Shown piece after piece: positions 8,204-21,589 of a stretch of DNA of 64,000 nucleotides (position 1 is its first letter; every line of letters begins with the position of its first letter). The stretch is from Lingula anatina (Eukaryota > Animalia > Brachiopoda): positions 9,858,001 to 9,922,000 of the forward strand of contig CM120642.1 in assembly GCA_051362555.1 (NCBI GenBank), read 5' to 3'. The notes below the pieces were generated by a model, which ran no database searches, was not told where the DNA came from, and worked only from the letters and a program-made list of their open reading frames with translations. The position numbers were made by a program, and so were the translations under genes.

Positions 8204-10663
8204 AAATTGCTCAAAAAGCGTTTTTTACTTCTGCAACATTTTTCTACTGAATGACATAAATTCCCTTTACAGCGGAAGATTACACTCTTTCATAGTATGT
8301 CTCGAGAATTCAAGGAAATACACGTTGTATAATGTTGGGCATTTTTATTGCACTCAGTAAATTTGTTTCACTAAATAAAGATTTTTCTCCTCTACCATGG
8401 TTTTATTTTGTTTTATAAAGCAAAAGGAAAAAACCCCACATTTTATATAGAAGCATTTACTTTAACATGGACAAATGGCTTCGAATATCATACCAGTAAA
8501 GTTGCCTGTTCCAGTTTGGTTTTTCACATAGCCCACTAATTACATCATACCAGAAAATCGGGATTATTTTAACCAAAGTGACTACATGGGCTTATGGTTG
8601 ACGGGACAGTGGTGTGCAGAGAATTATTATCATTTATATATAATTTCTATTTCCATTACGTTAACAAGCGAACAAAAATTAAAGATTTTCATTATTTGTG
8701 AATGGAGAATCAAGCCCCAACGGACCATAAATATTTCTTTAAAATTAGTGATTTTAATGAGCTTCTTGAATGCTCTCATTTCAGTATACATTAACTGAGC
8801 CTTCTGCTGTATATTGAATGATATACACACTACTTTTTGTTGTAAAGTTAATTACTTACACTTACACTAATTACAATTAGCAATAAAAGGGAAATCAAAT
8901 AGATGAAAAGTTAGAGTGATATTGAGTGTAAAGTAAGTTTCATCAAGAGTCAACAAGTGTAGAACATGTTTTTAGTGTCAGAAAAAGATGGAAAAGGTCA
9001 AAGCCAATATCATTTAATGTGATTGGTTAATTTCATAACAGATTTTTATTTTGATCAACTGTTTATTACATGATAACTAAGTTTTGGACATGATTCAAGT
9101 ATGAGTAATGCAAATAGTATTTTGGATAAGTTTAGTTGAAGACGAGGCTCTTAGACATTGCCTAATAAGGGAATGTTCTATGGTAAAATCAAGATGACAA
9201 TGGAAAGTTTCTGGAAATCACGCCATAAACAACCAAAAGAACATAATTACACGCGTGATCAGTACGGAGAATTAGAGTATAAATATGGGTAAAATTGTAT
9301 GAAAAGTGAGTGGTGAATAAATGATTGAAGACTCCAGAACCTCGTCGTCGTTATAATATTTTGATCAGCACTCTGGTACATTATATGGGGGAATGTGGGA
9401 CGATTCTGACAGGAGCAAACATGTAGCTCCCTGTGCTCTGGTTAACAATGGGCGTGCTATATGTAGCCTACATATAGAAATTAAGGGAATTAAAAGATTA
9501 TTACATAGATTTTGGTTAGGGCCGACACAAAGCCTCCAGTGTTTATAACAAATGTATACGATTACAGCTAGACCTATTGTGTATACTGTCTTGGCCTCCT
9601 ACCTGCAGTTCTATCAAAATGTTGCCCATATGGTGGACAGCCTGTATTTGAGTTGTAACATTTGTGTTAAGTATACACACAAAACAATCTGTTTTAGGCT
9701 TTCTTCTTTCATTCTTTTTTTTTTCTTGGAGAGCCCCCCCCCCCCCCCACCACCACCACCACCACCACCACCACACATACACATTTAAAAAACAGTAGAA
9801 AAAAAGAAAACAACTTATATATAGACCTATAGACTGTTCTTCATTGTACACTACTGTAGCTACACCCCTTCTTGTCTTTGCATACGAAAAGACGTAAAAA
9901 ACCAGGACTCACCAACATGTGCCTGATCACGCTCGGCTGCCACCTTGATTAATTACCGGTAATATACCTGTACCTGGCCAAGCTGTATACCACATTAAAA
10001 GATTTTACATATAGAACATCACACTACATGCAGTCTATTGTAATTTTTAAACACGATTAAAACCTATTTACTGTTTTATCAAATAATTTATTGTGATTTT
10101 ATTAAAAAAATAATTAATCCATTATGATGGCTTTTTTTTCTTGCACTGTGTAGACCAGTGTGTTTACAGCATGTATACATCGTACTGTACATGCGTGTGG
10201 TTATAAGTTCATCGACCAATCAAGGTAACAGCTTAACGTGTGTACATGCTCAACGTGCTATGGCTTGGGGAATTCACCACCCTTGACTATTGCCCACAAA
10301 AAATAATTAAAAGTTCAGATGTAAAGGTTTGCCTCACCACATGCGAATGGCATGGTATGGACACAACCAAGGGTACGTAAAAAGTGATTTAGAGGCAGCT
10401 GTAGTATGGTGCTTGTCCTGACCAGTCCTCTCTATGCTGTATCGATGACATGTTTTGATAGAAGTCCACCGCTTATAACATATATATAAGTATTTTCTTT
10501 TGTATCCTCTGAGTATCGACGAATAAAAATGAAGATCTAATACACAAAAGGTTGTTTAATTTATGTCTAAATAAAGAAAGCTTAATAGATGAAATCATTT
10601 GAATATGATAATTTTTCAAAATTTTCTTTTGGGCCTAAGAGGCACTATATCTTCATTTTCAAG

Positions 10664-13600
10664 ATGGAGGTTTTCGATAGGAGCAGCTGGTCTTCTTATC
10701 TGACTTCTTGGTTATATTTATTGGTCGTTACGCTCTTAATTTTGGTCCAATGTTGGGCTGAAGATGTGGTGAATAACCAGAAATTCAAAATTGACGGAAA
10801 GGTCACCATCCCCTCAAACGTTGAGCGAGAATGGGTCTCCTCAACCCGTGTGACGGTAGACGGTGGACAGTACATCGGGTTTTTAAAGTAAGCTTTTCAG
10901 GCGTGTGTCGAGTCAGTTTGCTTTAAGTGAGTTTGTAGTTTTGATGTTCAGCTTTTAATTGCTGATTTACTGATTTCATTTTTGCACCACTAAGCAAAAA
11001 ATGTTGACCAGTTTTCACTTTAGCTAATTTTGATAAGCTGCCTATGTACTCAAAACGCAAATAGTCCCTTAGTTAATCCATTATTTCACTGCATTTCAAA
11101 TAGTGAGAGTATCTGGTGATATGACTTATTTTAATAGGTCTGATGGGACTTTCTCTGTACACCTACCATCTGGTTCCTACGTGTTGGAAGTATTGAACCC
11201 AAACCATGTATTTGAACCAGTTAGGGTGGATGTGACATCAAAAGGCAAAATACGTGGAAGGCGGGTAAATAATGTGCAAAGTTCTCAAGTGCAGCAAGTC
11301 CCATACCCCTTGAGGTTCAAAGCTAAGGGTAAAGCATCCTACTACATGCCCAGAGAACAATGGAGGGTAACAGATCTCCTGATGAATCCAATGGTAAGGA
11401 GATAGGAATGAATCGCCCTAACGGTGCCGTTTGTTCCCCATTCTAAATTTATTTCATTCCTTTGTTATGCTGGGTGGTTTATTTCGCAACGTATCATTGC
11501 TTTTAAATTTTATAAATGTTTGTTCAAAGGAAATTGGCACTGAAACATGTTAGTTTGGGTAAGACCAAACTCTGAATTTGAATGAGAGGGATGAACACAT
11601 GCAAAGAAAAATGATTCTCTATACTATTTTAATAATGTTTTTTTAAATGAAGTGTTAGGTTAGATGGATCCCACAGTCACTGTGGCTTTATTGTACCACC
11701 AGCGTTAGCGCTGGCGGTACACATGGTTTCGGTCTCGTCCGGATCGTTCCGCCGGCTCCGCCGGCTCCGCCGGACGGCTACCGTTACCGCTTCTCCTCCT
11801 AGACGGTAAGGCCCCCCATACCCATCTCATGGATTTAGGTCACCTATAATCTCAACTCGTTCCACGTAAAATTTGGGCTTTGTCGGTATTGGGGTCTGGG
11901 TGTGGCACTCATTGCAATGCACCCTTGTCCAAAAATGGCAAAATTAAATGCTAATTATCTACCCTACGGAAGGAGTTACGGGAAAAATTTCTACAGACGG
12001 CTTTCCAAAAGTCATATGTGTAGATTTCAAATATACCCTCGGATTTGACCTTTGACCTTTACTTCAAGGTCAAATGGGCCAAAATTTTCAAAAAAATGAA
12101 ATTTTTTACGAAAAAAAAATTTTTTGCCCTGTTATTCAGACACCACACAGACTTAACCAATAATATTATTGGAAAGTGTTACCCTTCAGGTCATCTTTCA
12201 TCTCCGTGAATTTGGGGTCAATCGGTGCATTTTCACAGGAGTAGCGGCCATAAGATACCGAAACTGAAAACTGTCTCTAATTCGGGAACCGTTAATGCTA
12301 GAGACCCATTCTTTTTTGCATTTTGTAGAGCATGTAAAGCCCAACACTGAAGGTGGTCTCGGTTTTTTTGTATTCCATACGGTTTTCGAGTTACGCTGTA
12401 TCAAAAAGTACATATTGGTGGTGAAAGGAAAATGTACGGAAGCCCACTGGTGCCATATGTAGAAAAAAAAATTATCTCGAAATTTCGAGATACTATTTTG
12501 AAATTTGAACAAAAAAATTTACCACCAGCGTTAGCGCTGGCGGTACACATGGTTTCGGTCCCGTCCGGTCCGTTCCGCCGGCTCCGCCGCCATGTTACCG
12601 TTACCGCTTCTCCTCCTAGACGGTAAGGGCCCCCGTACCCATCTCATGGATTTAGGTCACCTATAATCTCAACTCGTTCCACGTAAAATTTGGGCTTTGT
12701 CGGTATTGGGGTCTGGGTGTGGCACTCATTGCAATGCACCCTTGTCTAAAAATGGCAAAATTAAATGCTAATTATCTACCCTACAGAAGGAGTTACGGGA
12801 AAAATTTCTATAGACGGCTTTCCAAAAGTCATATGTGTAGATTTCAAATATACCCTCGGATTTGACCTTTGACCTTTACTTCAAGGTCAAATGGGTCAAA
12901 ATTTTCAAAAAAATGAAATTTTTTACGAAAAAAAATTTTTTTGCCCTGTTATTCAGACGCCACACAGACTTAACCAATAATATTATTGGAAAGTGTTACC
13001 CTTCAGGTCATCTTTCATCTCCGTGAATTTGGGGTCAATCGGTGCATTTTCACAGGAGTAGCGGCCATAAGATACCGAAACTGAAAACTGTCTCTAATTC
13101 GAGAACCGTTAATGCTAGAGACCCATTCTTTTTGGCATTTTGGAGAGCATGTAAAGCCCAACACTGTAGGTGGTCTCGGTTTTTTTGTATTCCATACGGT
13201 TTTCGAGTTACGCTGTATCAGAAAGTACATATTGGTGGTGAAAGGAAAATGTACGGAAGCCGACTGGTGCCATATGTAGAAAAAAAAATTATCTCGAAAT
13301 TTCGAGATACTATTTTGAAATTTGAACAAAAAAAATTTTTATCTCGAAATTTCGAGATAGCATTTTGAAATTTGAACAAAAAAAAAATTATCTCGAAATT
13401 TCGAGATAGCATTTTGATATTTGAGCAAAAAAATTTATCTCGAAATTTCGAGATAGTATTTTGAAATTTGAACAAAAAAAATGCTATCTCGAAATTTCGA
13501 GATAATTTTTTTTTTCAACATATGGCACCAGTCGGCTTCCGTAAAAATGTGCAGTACGGTAATGGATAATAAATTTTGAACTCCGGAAAAATAAAACATA

Positions 13601-16600
13601 ATGCTTGGCAAAGCAGACAACTTGTGGTCAAAAATGACATTATTTTATCAAATTTAAACTTCTGCAACTTCAGAGAACCTCCCATTTCAAGAACTTTGAC
13701 CAAAATGACCTTTTCTTTATTTTAATTAATTTTTTCTGTAGGAAATTTATGGCACATTATGGTAACTCCAAAATTATAACATTTAGTCCCTTATATCTCC
13801 AAAACTGGCAGAGATAGGTCCATAGTTACTATTGAAGTTGAATAGGAAGTCATATACTGGCAATCTTACTGTGACCTTGACATTGACCTTTGACCTACTT
13901 TTCACCATGAACTGAACTTTGCAAATTTTGCTTCCCTTTTATCTCCAAAACTGGCAGAGATAGGTCCATAGTTACTATTGAAGTTGAATAGGAAGTCATA
14001 TACTGGCAATCTTACTGTGACCTTGAAATTGACCTTTGACCTACTTATCACCATGAACTGAACTTTGCAAATTTTGCTTCCCTTTTATCTCCAAAACTGG
14101 CAGAGATAGGTCCATAGTTACTATTGAACTTGAATAGGAAGTCATATACTGGCAATTTTACTGTGACCTTGAAATTGACCTTTGACCTACTTTTCACCTT
14201 GAACTGAACTTTGCAAAATTTGCTTCCCTTTTATCTCCAAAACTGGCAGAGATAGGTCCATAGTTACTATTGAACTTGCATAGGAAGTCATATACTGGCA
14301 ATTTTACTGTGACCTTGAAATTGACCTTTGACCTTCTTTTCACCATGAACTGAACTTTGCAAATTTTGCTTCCCTTTTATCTCCAAAACTGGCAGAGATA
14401 GGTCCATAGTTACTATTGAAGTTGAATAGGAAGTCATATACTGGCAATCTAAATGTGACCTTGAAATTGACCTTTGACCTACTTTTCACCATGAACTGAA
14501 CTTTGCAAATTTTGCTTCCCTTTTATCTCCAAAACTGGCAGAGATAGGTCCATAGTTACTATTGAAGTTGAATAGGAAGTCATATACTGGCAATCTTACT
14601 GTGACCTTGAAATTGACCTTTGACCTACTTATCACCATGAACTGAACTTTGCAAATTTTGCTTCCCTTTTATCTCCAAAACTGGCAGAGATAGGTCCATA
14701 GTTACTATTGAACTTGAATAGGAAGTCATATACTGGCAATTTTACTGTGACCTTGAAATTGACCTTTGACCTACTTTTCACCTTGAACTGAACTTTGCAA
14801 AATTTGCTTCCCTTTTATCTCCAAAACTGGCAGAGATAGGTCCATAGTTACTATTGAACTTGCACAGGAAGTCATATACTGGCAATTTTACTGTGACCTT
14901 GAAATTGACCTTTGACCTTCTTTTCACCATGAACTGAACTTTGCAAATTTTGCTTCCCTTTTATCTCCAAAACTGGCAGAGATAGGTCCATAGTTACTAT
15001 TGAAGTTGAATAGGAAGTCATATACTGGCAATCTAAATGTGACCTTGAAATTGACCTTTGACCTACTTTTCACCATGAACTGAACTTTGCAAATTTTGCT
15101 TCCCTTTTATCTCCAAAACTGGCAGAGATAGGTCCATAGTTACTATTGAAGTTGAATAGGAAGTCATATACTGGCAATCTTACTGTGACCTTGAAATTGA
15201 CCTTTGACCTACTTTTCACCATGAACTGAACTTTGCAAATTTTGCTTCCCTTTTATCTCCAAAACTGGCAGAGATAGGTCCATAGTTACTATTGAAGTTG
15301 GATAGGAAGTCATATACTGGCAATTTACTGTGACCTTGAAATTGACCTTTGACCTACCTTACAATGAACTTAACTTTGATTGCACCATTTTTAGTTATAT
15401 ATATTTTTTGCATATTTTGAAAATTCTTGTTGATTGCATTTTTACAGCTTGTCAAGCACAAGACTGGTGGCTGCACCCCTTATTTTGTGTATGTGGGGGT
15501 CTATACGAATGCGCTTGCTCCAGCTGGTGGTACAATATTCGGAGGCGGTATCGCCTCTCTGATCCTCTAGTTTTATCTGGCTTAACACCTTGTTTGACAT
15601 GTTAAAATGGACTGAGCCTAAAATTACTTTGATGTATTAGTACTGTATTCTTACACATTTTCTTGGTACATGTTAGTTTATAATCAGCTAATGGAGAAGT
15701 TAATTCAGAAACCAGATTTAAAGGAATATATGATTGATTTTTATCCAGAAAAAAAGGAATATAGTGGAAGCACTTTCTTATATGTGTCTAGTCCATATAT
15801 CGTGTTTGTATTATAGCATGTTTTAGTAATCCTGCCTTACTTTTATCATGTCTATTTCAGGTGCTTATGATGGTATTACCTTTGATATTCATAGTAATTC
15901 TTCCAAAGTTAGTAAATACAAATGATCCAGAGACACAGAAGGTAAGTGGTTAACATGCGTTGCAAGTAACATTATAGTCATTACTTTCGTAAGTGTCACT
16001 GCCATATCTATAGGCCCATTAAAAATTAATTTCAAAGGAAAATTAATGCTTTGATTTATAGGTCAGGCCCGTAGCCGGGGGGGGGGGGGGGGGGGGGGGG
16101 GGGTTCGAAAGAACCGCCCCTTTTGCTGGGAAAAGGTCCACTCTTGGTAAAATGTGATCTAGGTACATGAAGTTTTTATGGGAAAAGGTCCACTTTTTCA
16201 AAAAAAGAACCTCCCTTTTGAAATTGCAGGCTACAGCCTGTAGGTGCTGTTTGATACAAATATAAATTGTTTGAAAGGTGTATTAAAATTATCTAGAAAT
16301 AAGAAATTTGTATTAATTGCTGTTGCAGGTTTGTGTTTGTATGTAAAAAGTCAATATTTTTTATATAAAATGGTGCAGTTTATAATGTTTGCTTGATATC
16401 GTTTTAGTTTTCATTGTTGCTAATGTGTGAAGTAACTCCTCAAATGTAACTGAGATGTTTCTCTTCGCAGGAAATGGCCAACCAGATGAACTTCTTAAAA
16501 CCCAATAACCAGCTGCCTGATTTATCAGAAGCATTAGCAGGATTTTTTGGTGGAGGCAGTTCTTCAAAAAAGACTACCAAATCAAAATCAAAGAAACTGA

Positions 16601-16611
16601 AATCTCAGTGA
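10664..16611 (+). CDS. EMC7: ER membrane protein complex subunit 7; exons 10664-10887, 11138-11393, 15861-15941 and 16471-16611 (233 aa)
   Basis: A signal-peptide-like N-terminus is followed by GFLKSDGTF..LPSGSYVLEV..FEPVRVDVTSKGKIRGR..PYPL..REQW..TDLLMNPMVLMMVLPL..LPKLVNTNDPE..EM, which closely matches EMC7. All introns are GT-AG with compatible phases. The CDS is 702 nt. Poly(A) signals lie at 17649 and 17657. Confidence 0.96.
11694..13335 (+). repeat. Tandem duplication of the ~820-bp 5' arm of the HINE (11694-12519 and 12520-~13335)
   Basis: taccaccagcgttagcgctggcggtacacatgg restarts at 12520. The two copies are highly similar throughout. Confidence 0.93.
13254..13541. mobile_element. 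TA-flanked MITE nested in the HINE, built from palindromic TATCTCGAAATTTCGAGATA units; truncated copy at 12437-12519
   Basis: TIRs read TA|CGGAAGCCGACTGGTGCCATATG ... CATATGGCACCAGTCGGCTTCCG|TA. The palindrome core occurs at 13291, 13341, 13390, 13437 and 13486. Confidence 0.85.
13795..15375. repeat. 146-bp satellite, ~10.8 copies, inside the HINE
   Basis: atctccaaaactggcagagatagg recurs every 146 bp from 13795 to 15255. Confidence 0.97.
16064..16240. mobile_element. Small MITE with poly-G tract (CAGG...CCTG termini, hAT-like) in EMC7 intron 3
   Basis: TIRs caggcccgtagcc and ggctacagcctg are flanked by the 5-bp direct repeat taggt. A homologous copy lies at 21078-21249. Confidence 0.75.
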
Positions 16612-17713
16612 GATGCTCATACAAGGAACAACTGAATATGCCTGTAGCTGATGCCATTATGAAATGGTATTAGTAGGTGAAAATACCAGTGGATATGAAA
16701 ATACATTGACCTAAGTCACCTTACAGTAAAAATTACAAGGAAAAGATTCAATATTTATTTATTTAAATTATGGGTCTCCTCTCACAGGTGTGTTGAAATA
16801 CACCACACCTTGGCCTAAGCATGTAATGTTATAAAGAATGAACACTATTAAATATGAAAGTCAGTTAAATGGTCGAATAAATAACTTTAATGTAAAGTGA
16901 TGTTCTTATAATTTTGTTACAAATCTTTTTTACAAGTGTCATCATATTTATATTGCAAAGATACATTGTTGCTCACAGTTGTTTCTTTTTTATGCTCCAT
17001 TTGAAATATAAGTTTAAAATATTTAATGTGATGTAATATTGCAAAACCTTTTAGTCAGTTGAGGTAGGATCTTCCCTCACTGCCTTAGATATTTTTAATG
17101 TCCTTGACAGCTTATGTAGGTGATGTAAAAATCATGATTCGTGATATTTTGATATCACCCTTATGAAAAGAAATACAAAATAAGAAGCAGTGAAACATGG
17201 CAGTTCTATATAGAACTATGAGAAACTGAATATCACTTTTAAATCCTGTAATAGTTTGACCTGATAATGTAGCTTCATTGTCAAGTATTATTTATAATTG
17301 TGAATCTTGTATTTTTTTTTCATTTAAGTCAATTCGTACTAAATCTGAAGTGGTATTTTTTACACTGGATTTTCTCTGACATGGAAACGTTTGACTGCCT
17401 CCCTAATGATGTGCTCTGGATGTTGTTTTTTAAATTATTATTATTATTTAGACCAGCATGCCCTTTATTATATAACAAAATTAACTAGGCTGATACAAAT
17501 GGGAACACTGATAAGCCTCTGTAAACGTGATTTTGTTTTAAAATCTCTTCTTCAGTGTATGATTTCAGAAGATACGGGCCTGTCATAATTTGTTTTTGCC
17601 CTAACACAAGATAATACCCTGGTATTTCTATGAAATTTTTTGATACCAAATAAAAGAATAAAATCATGTTTCATTTTATATTTACAGTGGTGGCGTTGAT
17701 TTCACGGTAAATA

Positions 17714-17757
17714 TTAAAGGGATAATAACTGTTCGTTTTGGGAAAAAATGAATTTTC
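17714..17757. mobile_element. Isolated terminus of the Kolobok-like MITE family
   Basis: ttaaagggataataactgttcgttttgggaaaaaatgaattttc matches the left end of the element at 25864. Confidence 0.65.
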
Positions 17758-20517
17758 AATGTGATCATTAAAGAACTGGCAAAATGCCACACGGGGCATT
17801 GTTTAGAAATTTAAGGTAAGAGCGTAGATTGTCCTGGGAACAACGAAGGCTGATCGTGGTTGGAGAAATGAAGTACCTACATGTAGATCACTGCTTCATT
17901 ACTTAAGACCATCTCGGTAGAAACTTTGCTGCATATCGCGTATGAAATGTAATTGTGTTATGTTTTCCTTGCATTCCTTTATATTCCAATAATCTAAGAT
18001 ACAAAAATGTAGAATAACACATATTTGAAATCAATACTAATTCATATTTGAATTAAATTTACCGCGCACGTGATTATGTATGCAAATAACATGCACGAAG
18101 ATTTTACATTTAACACAGGTTTACGTGATACAGATATTATCGTGGATTCTAGGTCAATCAAATCGCTGGACTGAAATATTCTGGACGTAAATAGCATTTA
18201 AAGACATTTTACTGTGCACGTCTGTCTTATGCGATCTAAAGCGATTTAATTAGTTACTATCCAGTTTTGCCCTCTACCTAACTATTATTGTAACTGTAAT
18301 ATTTGGCACGAAGGTGTATCTTAGAATAAATCCCCCAATAGTTATTACAAATATTTATTTGGATTATGCTTTTATTTGTTTCATTTTCGCTTGACCGCCT
18401 GTATAATTCATAACATAGGCCACTCCAGCATTCTATATATACAGCTATTTTTAGATCTGACATGACGTACTCTAGCTCACTCATTGAAAAATTGGTAATG
18501 CGGCAACAACACTCACAGCGAGTACTGTGGCAACCTGCGTTGCTAACAATACGCCTTTTATGAGAAAAAAGGAGAGTCAGTTGAAAAGGCTATAAAGAAT
18601 AGCTTGAAAAGAATTGTTACCTCAAGATCTGTGGTATGTTACTGGTAGATCTGCGATCAGGACTACCAGGCGGGTGCTGTTGGCTTGCCAAGTTAGATCA
18701 CTGTAGGAATGCGAGTGTACACGTTCAGGGAACACTGTAAGTACTGTCGAATACAATGTAGGTAAGTGCAACTGCATAAAACTACCTAAAATCTGATTGA
18801 GACCTGTGCTTTTAACACTTCAGCAAGTATTTTCAATGTTAGATTCAGTACCAGTATATTAATTTTCGGTTAAAACGTATAGAAGGCCCCAGGTCAAGTT
18901 CGTCATTTTGCTTGACGATACGTCAGACTTGAACCATAAACCGACACTATAAAATTATTTTATCTGCTTGCTGCTTGGTCTTACGCGCGGTATCAGTTAC
19001 TAGTGTTTATTTGCCGTCCGTCGACATGTTGTAGATGTAGCAAGACGTAATGAATTTTAAAATTGTATATGGAAAAGCCAAGTAACCCACTGGTGGCCCA
19101 AGGTGTGCGTGCAGTTAACCCACCCCACCCCTTCCAATACAGAGGGCAATGAGTAGCCACCTCTGTACTAATTTTTATATGTATACTGAAGACAAATAGA
19201 AGAGTGATAATAATTCGCTGTCCTCAGAAATTCAGGTGCCTTTTCCTTTATTTTCGATCCCTAAAATTGTTTTCAATGCACAAACACCGAGCGAGACGAG
19301 TGAAAATAATTGGCTATTGTAAAACTCTTCTCCACTTCTACGAAGTCGCCATGAATTTGCAGTGAATTTATATTAAGGACATGTCATTCAATACTTAAAC
19401 AGAACATAAGACATATGAGTATGCCTACACGTGCTATCGCAATCTAGAATTCAGGTTAGACGATCCTAGGTACACGCCCACGGTGAGCACTATAATGACC
19501 AGGTTCACATTCCTTTCTATACAGAATTTATAACATAAAAACATGACCGATGGTAGCTGGGTTTGCTCACAGTTTTAACAGTGTACAATGTAGTTCTACG
19601 TTTACGTACTAGTAGTAAATGAGCACGAATATTTAATTTAACATCTGAATGCAGCACCTTTTTCGAGTGTTTTTTCTTCGCTTAACAGCCTGTATTGTCT
19701 TTGCACTGGCGAATCTAGCATTTTGTTAAGGGGAGGATGGGGGTACATGTACATTTAGGCAAAATGACAAATGATGCGAAGAAAACATAAAGCAGCTGAG
19801 GACAATTTTACAATACTATACTTGTTTGTAATGCTCTAGTATGGAAAATGAAAAAAAAAATGGATTTGTCTAGTTTTGCTCGTTATTCAGTTGTTTTGGG
19901 AAGGATCAGGGGGTACATGTACCCGTATGCCAGATTTTTGTGAAGTAATTTACTCGTTTTCGACAATTTTTTGGAATGGAAGTTAAGCTGTAGAAATTCG
20001 TTTTTATTGAGCCATATTGTCGCTTTATCCCCCCCCACACACACACAAAGTAACTGTTGCAACCAGTCCATGATAATGTATGAGTCAATCACCAAACTTT
20101 CACGTGGCGTTACCCACTGATTTCATGTCATGATAGACAGTGAATAATTCATTGATTTAATCAGAGCACCAATCTTATGAAGTATTGATATTAACATGAC
20201 GGCATTTGTATTTAGAACTCAACACAGAACAACTCCTTGTACTTCCCGCTGGACCGATGTTTGTAGTTTATTCTCACCCATATGCCCAAAACTAACTACC
20301 GTTGTGCTTTTTTAAAAATTTTAATGACAAGTAAGAATAGACGATGAATTTTGCCAAATCAGACTGATTAGAAATCAGAGTATATGTATGCAGGGAAAAC
20401 CGCCCTTCTGTTTGCAAACCTATAGGAATGTGGTTCATCTGCAAAGACCCGAAAAACGTCACTTTAAAGGCACGTGTACTTTAAACTAGGGTGTAATCAT
20501 TAGTATAGACAAGGTAA

Positions 20518-20673
20518 CAGGGGCGGATCAAGAGATATTTTCAGACAGTCTTCCAAATTATCTTTGTTGATCCATCCTCCATTTTTGACCGTCTTCCGAC
20601 AGTAAAAATTAGATGCCCATCAATGTAAACTTGAATTCTGGAAGACCCTGAAGACGGCCTCAATCCGCCCCCG
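20518..20673. mobile_element. Small MITE (CAGGGGCGGAT termini)
   Basis: Inverted termini caggggcggat and atccgcccccg, with flanks aggtaa and aggtta that resemble a decayed TSD. Confidence 0.6.
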
Positions 20674-21077
20674 AGGTTAGATACGAACTATTTTCGGAGT
20701 TTAATTATCGCTTCTGAGCACAAAACCTTCACTGCAAGTATTGATACAAGAACGAAAAAAAAAAAGAATTATGAATTGTATTCTGAAAAATTGTCAAAAC
20801 TGTGAGACACAGTTCTATGCTGCGTTTGTGCACAATCGATATCTTCAGTTATCTCTTGACTTTAGCTACAGGTTTTGAGCCATCCCAACAACTTTCATGA
20901 AAATTCCCTTCCAAACGAAATACATTACTTCGGCGCCAAGTAAAGACATGTTCTAGTTGCAGAACATTACCGGAGGCTACGGTTGACACCTGACACGTGG
21001 CTGGGGTCACGGAAGAGATCAGGACTCAGTTGTTACCTGGATCAAGGACGACTTGCCTGGATATAGTACATATATAG

Positions 21078-21093
21078 CAGGTCCGTTGCCGGT

Positions 21094-21124
<31 letters not shown>

Positions 21125-21249
21125 CGGTTTCGAACCCCCTTTTTGCTGGGAAAAGGCCACCCTCTGGGTAAAATTTTATTGTTTCATGGTAAAAGGCCCA
21201 GTTTTTCAGAAAAAGACCCCTTCTTTTGAAATTGCTGGCTACGGGCCTA
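21078..21249. mobile_element. Second copy of the poly-G MITE family
   Basis: caggtccgttgcc-polyG-ttcgaa..ttttgctgggaaaagg..ttttgaaattgctggctacgggcct is colinear with 16064-16240. Confidence 0.75.
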
Positions 21250-21589
21250 AATAGCCGGGAGCTTCACATCGTGTATATATTCTAATAGTTGGTTGCTATA
21301 AAGCTGTGATTTCGTTTCTTGAGTTCACACTTTATGCTAGACTGAAATGTGAATTGTTGAAATTAATAGTTTATTTTTTTTACCCAAACTGAGAATTTTA
21401 GACTGAAACACAGCTTACTTTCTGTACCGACACTAAAATTTAATATAATAGAATGCCTCAGCGTCAAGTATTTACGTAAACATATTTAAACAAATAGCTA
21501 TTTGTTATGATTAATACCGTAGCATTGGATGTGTTAACAGACAAATGAACGAACTGGTACGTCCCTTTTGTACTGAAGCAATTAATAGC

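Larger units (their letters stand above)
11689..15570 (+). mobile_element. Non-autonomous Helentron/HINE (DINE-1-like) element in EMC7 intron 2
   Basis: 15-bp subterminal inverted repeats tattgtaccaccagc (11689-11703) and gctggtggtacaata (15523-15537). A local inverted copy (gctggcggtaca) and a short ccggctccg microsatellite sit near the 5' end. The 3' end has a GC hairpin gaggcg-gtat-cgcctc (15542-15557) and ends CTAG followed by TT. It also has a central tandem array and tgacctttgacct motifs. Confidence 0.85.

Noticed and set aside
7552-9851. Poly-Pro and poly-Trp/Gly ORFs
   Set aside because: They are translation artefacts of poly-G/C and (CCA)n/(GT)n simple repeats.
10589-10663. Upstream in-frame ATG extending EMC7 by 25 aa
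   Set aside because: The ATG at 10664 has better context (AAGATGG) and places the hydrophobic signal peptide near the N-terminus, giving a typical EMC7 length.
13290-15375. CRISPR-like appearance of the palindromic and 146-bp repeats
   Set aside because: The context is eukaryotic, with no unique spacers and no cas genes. The repeats are explained by a MITE and a satellite.
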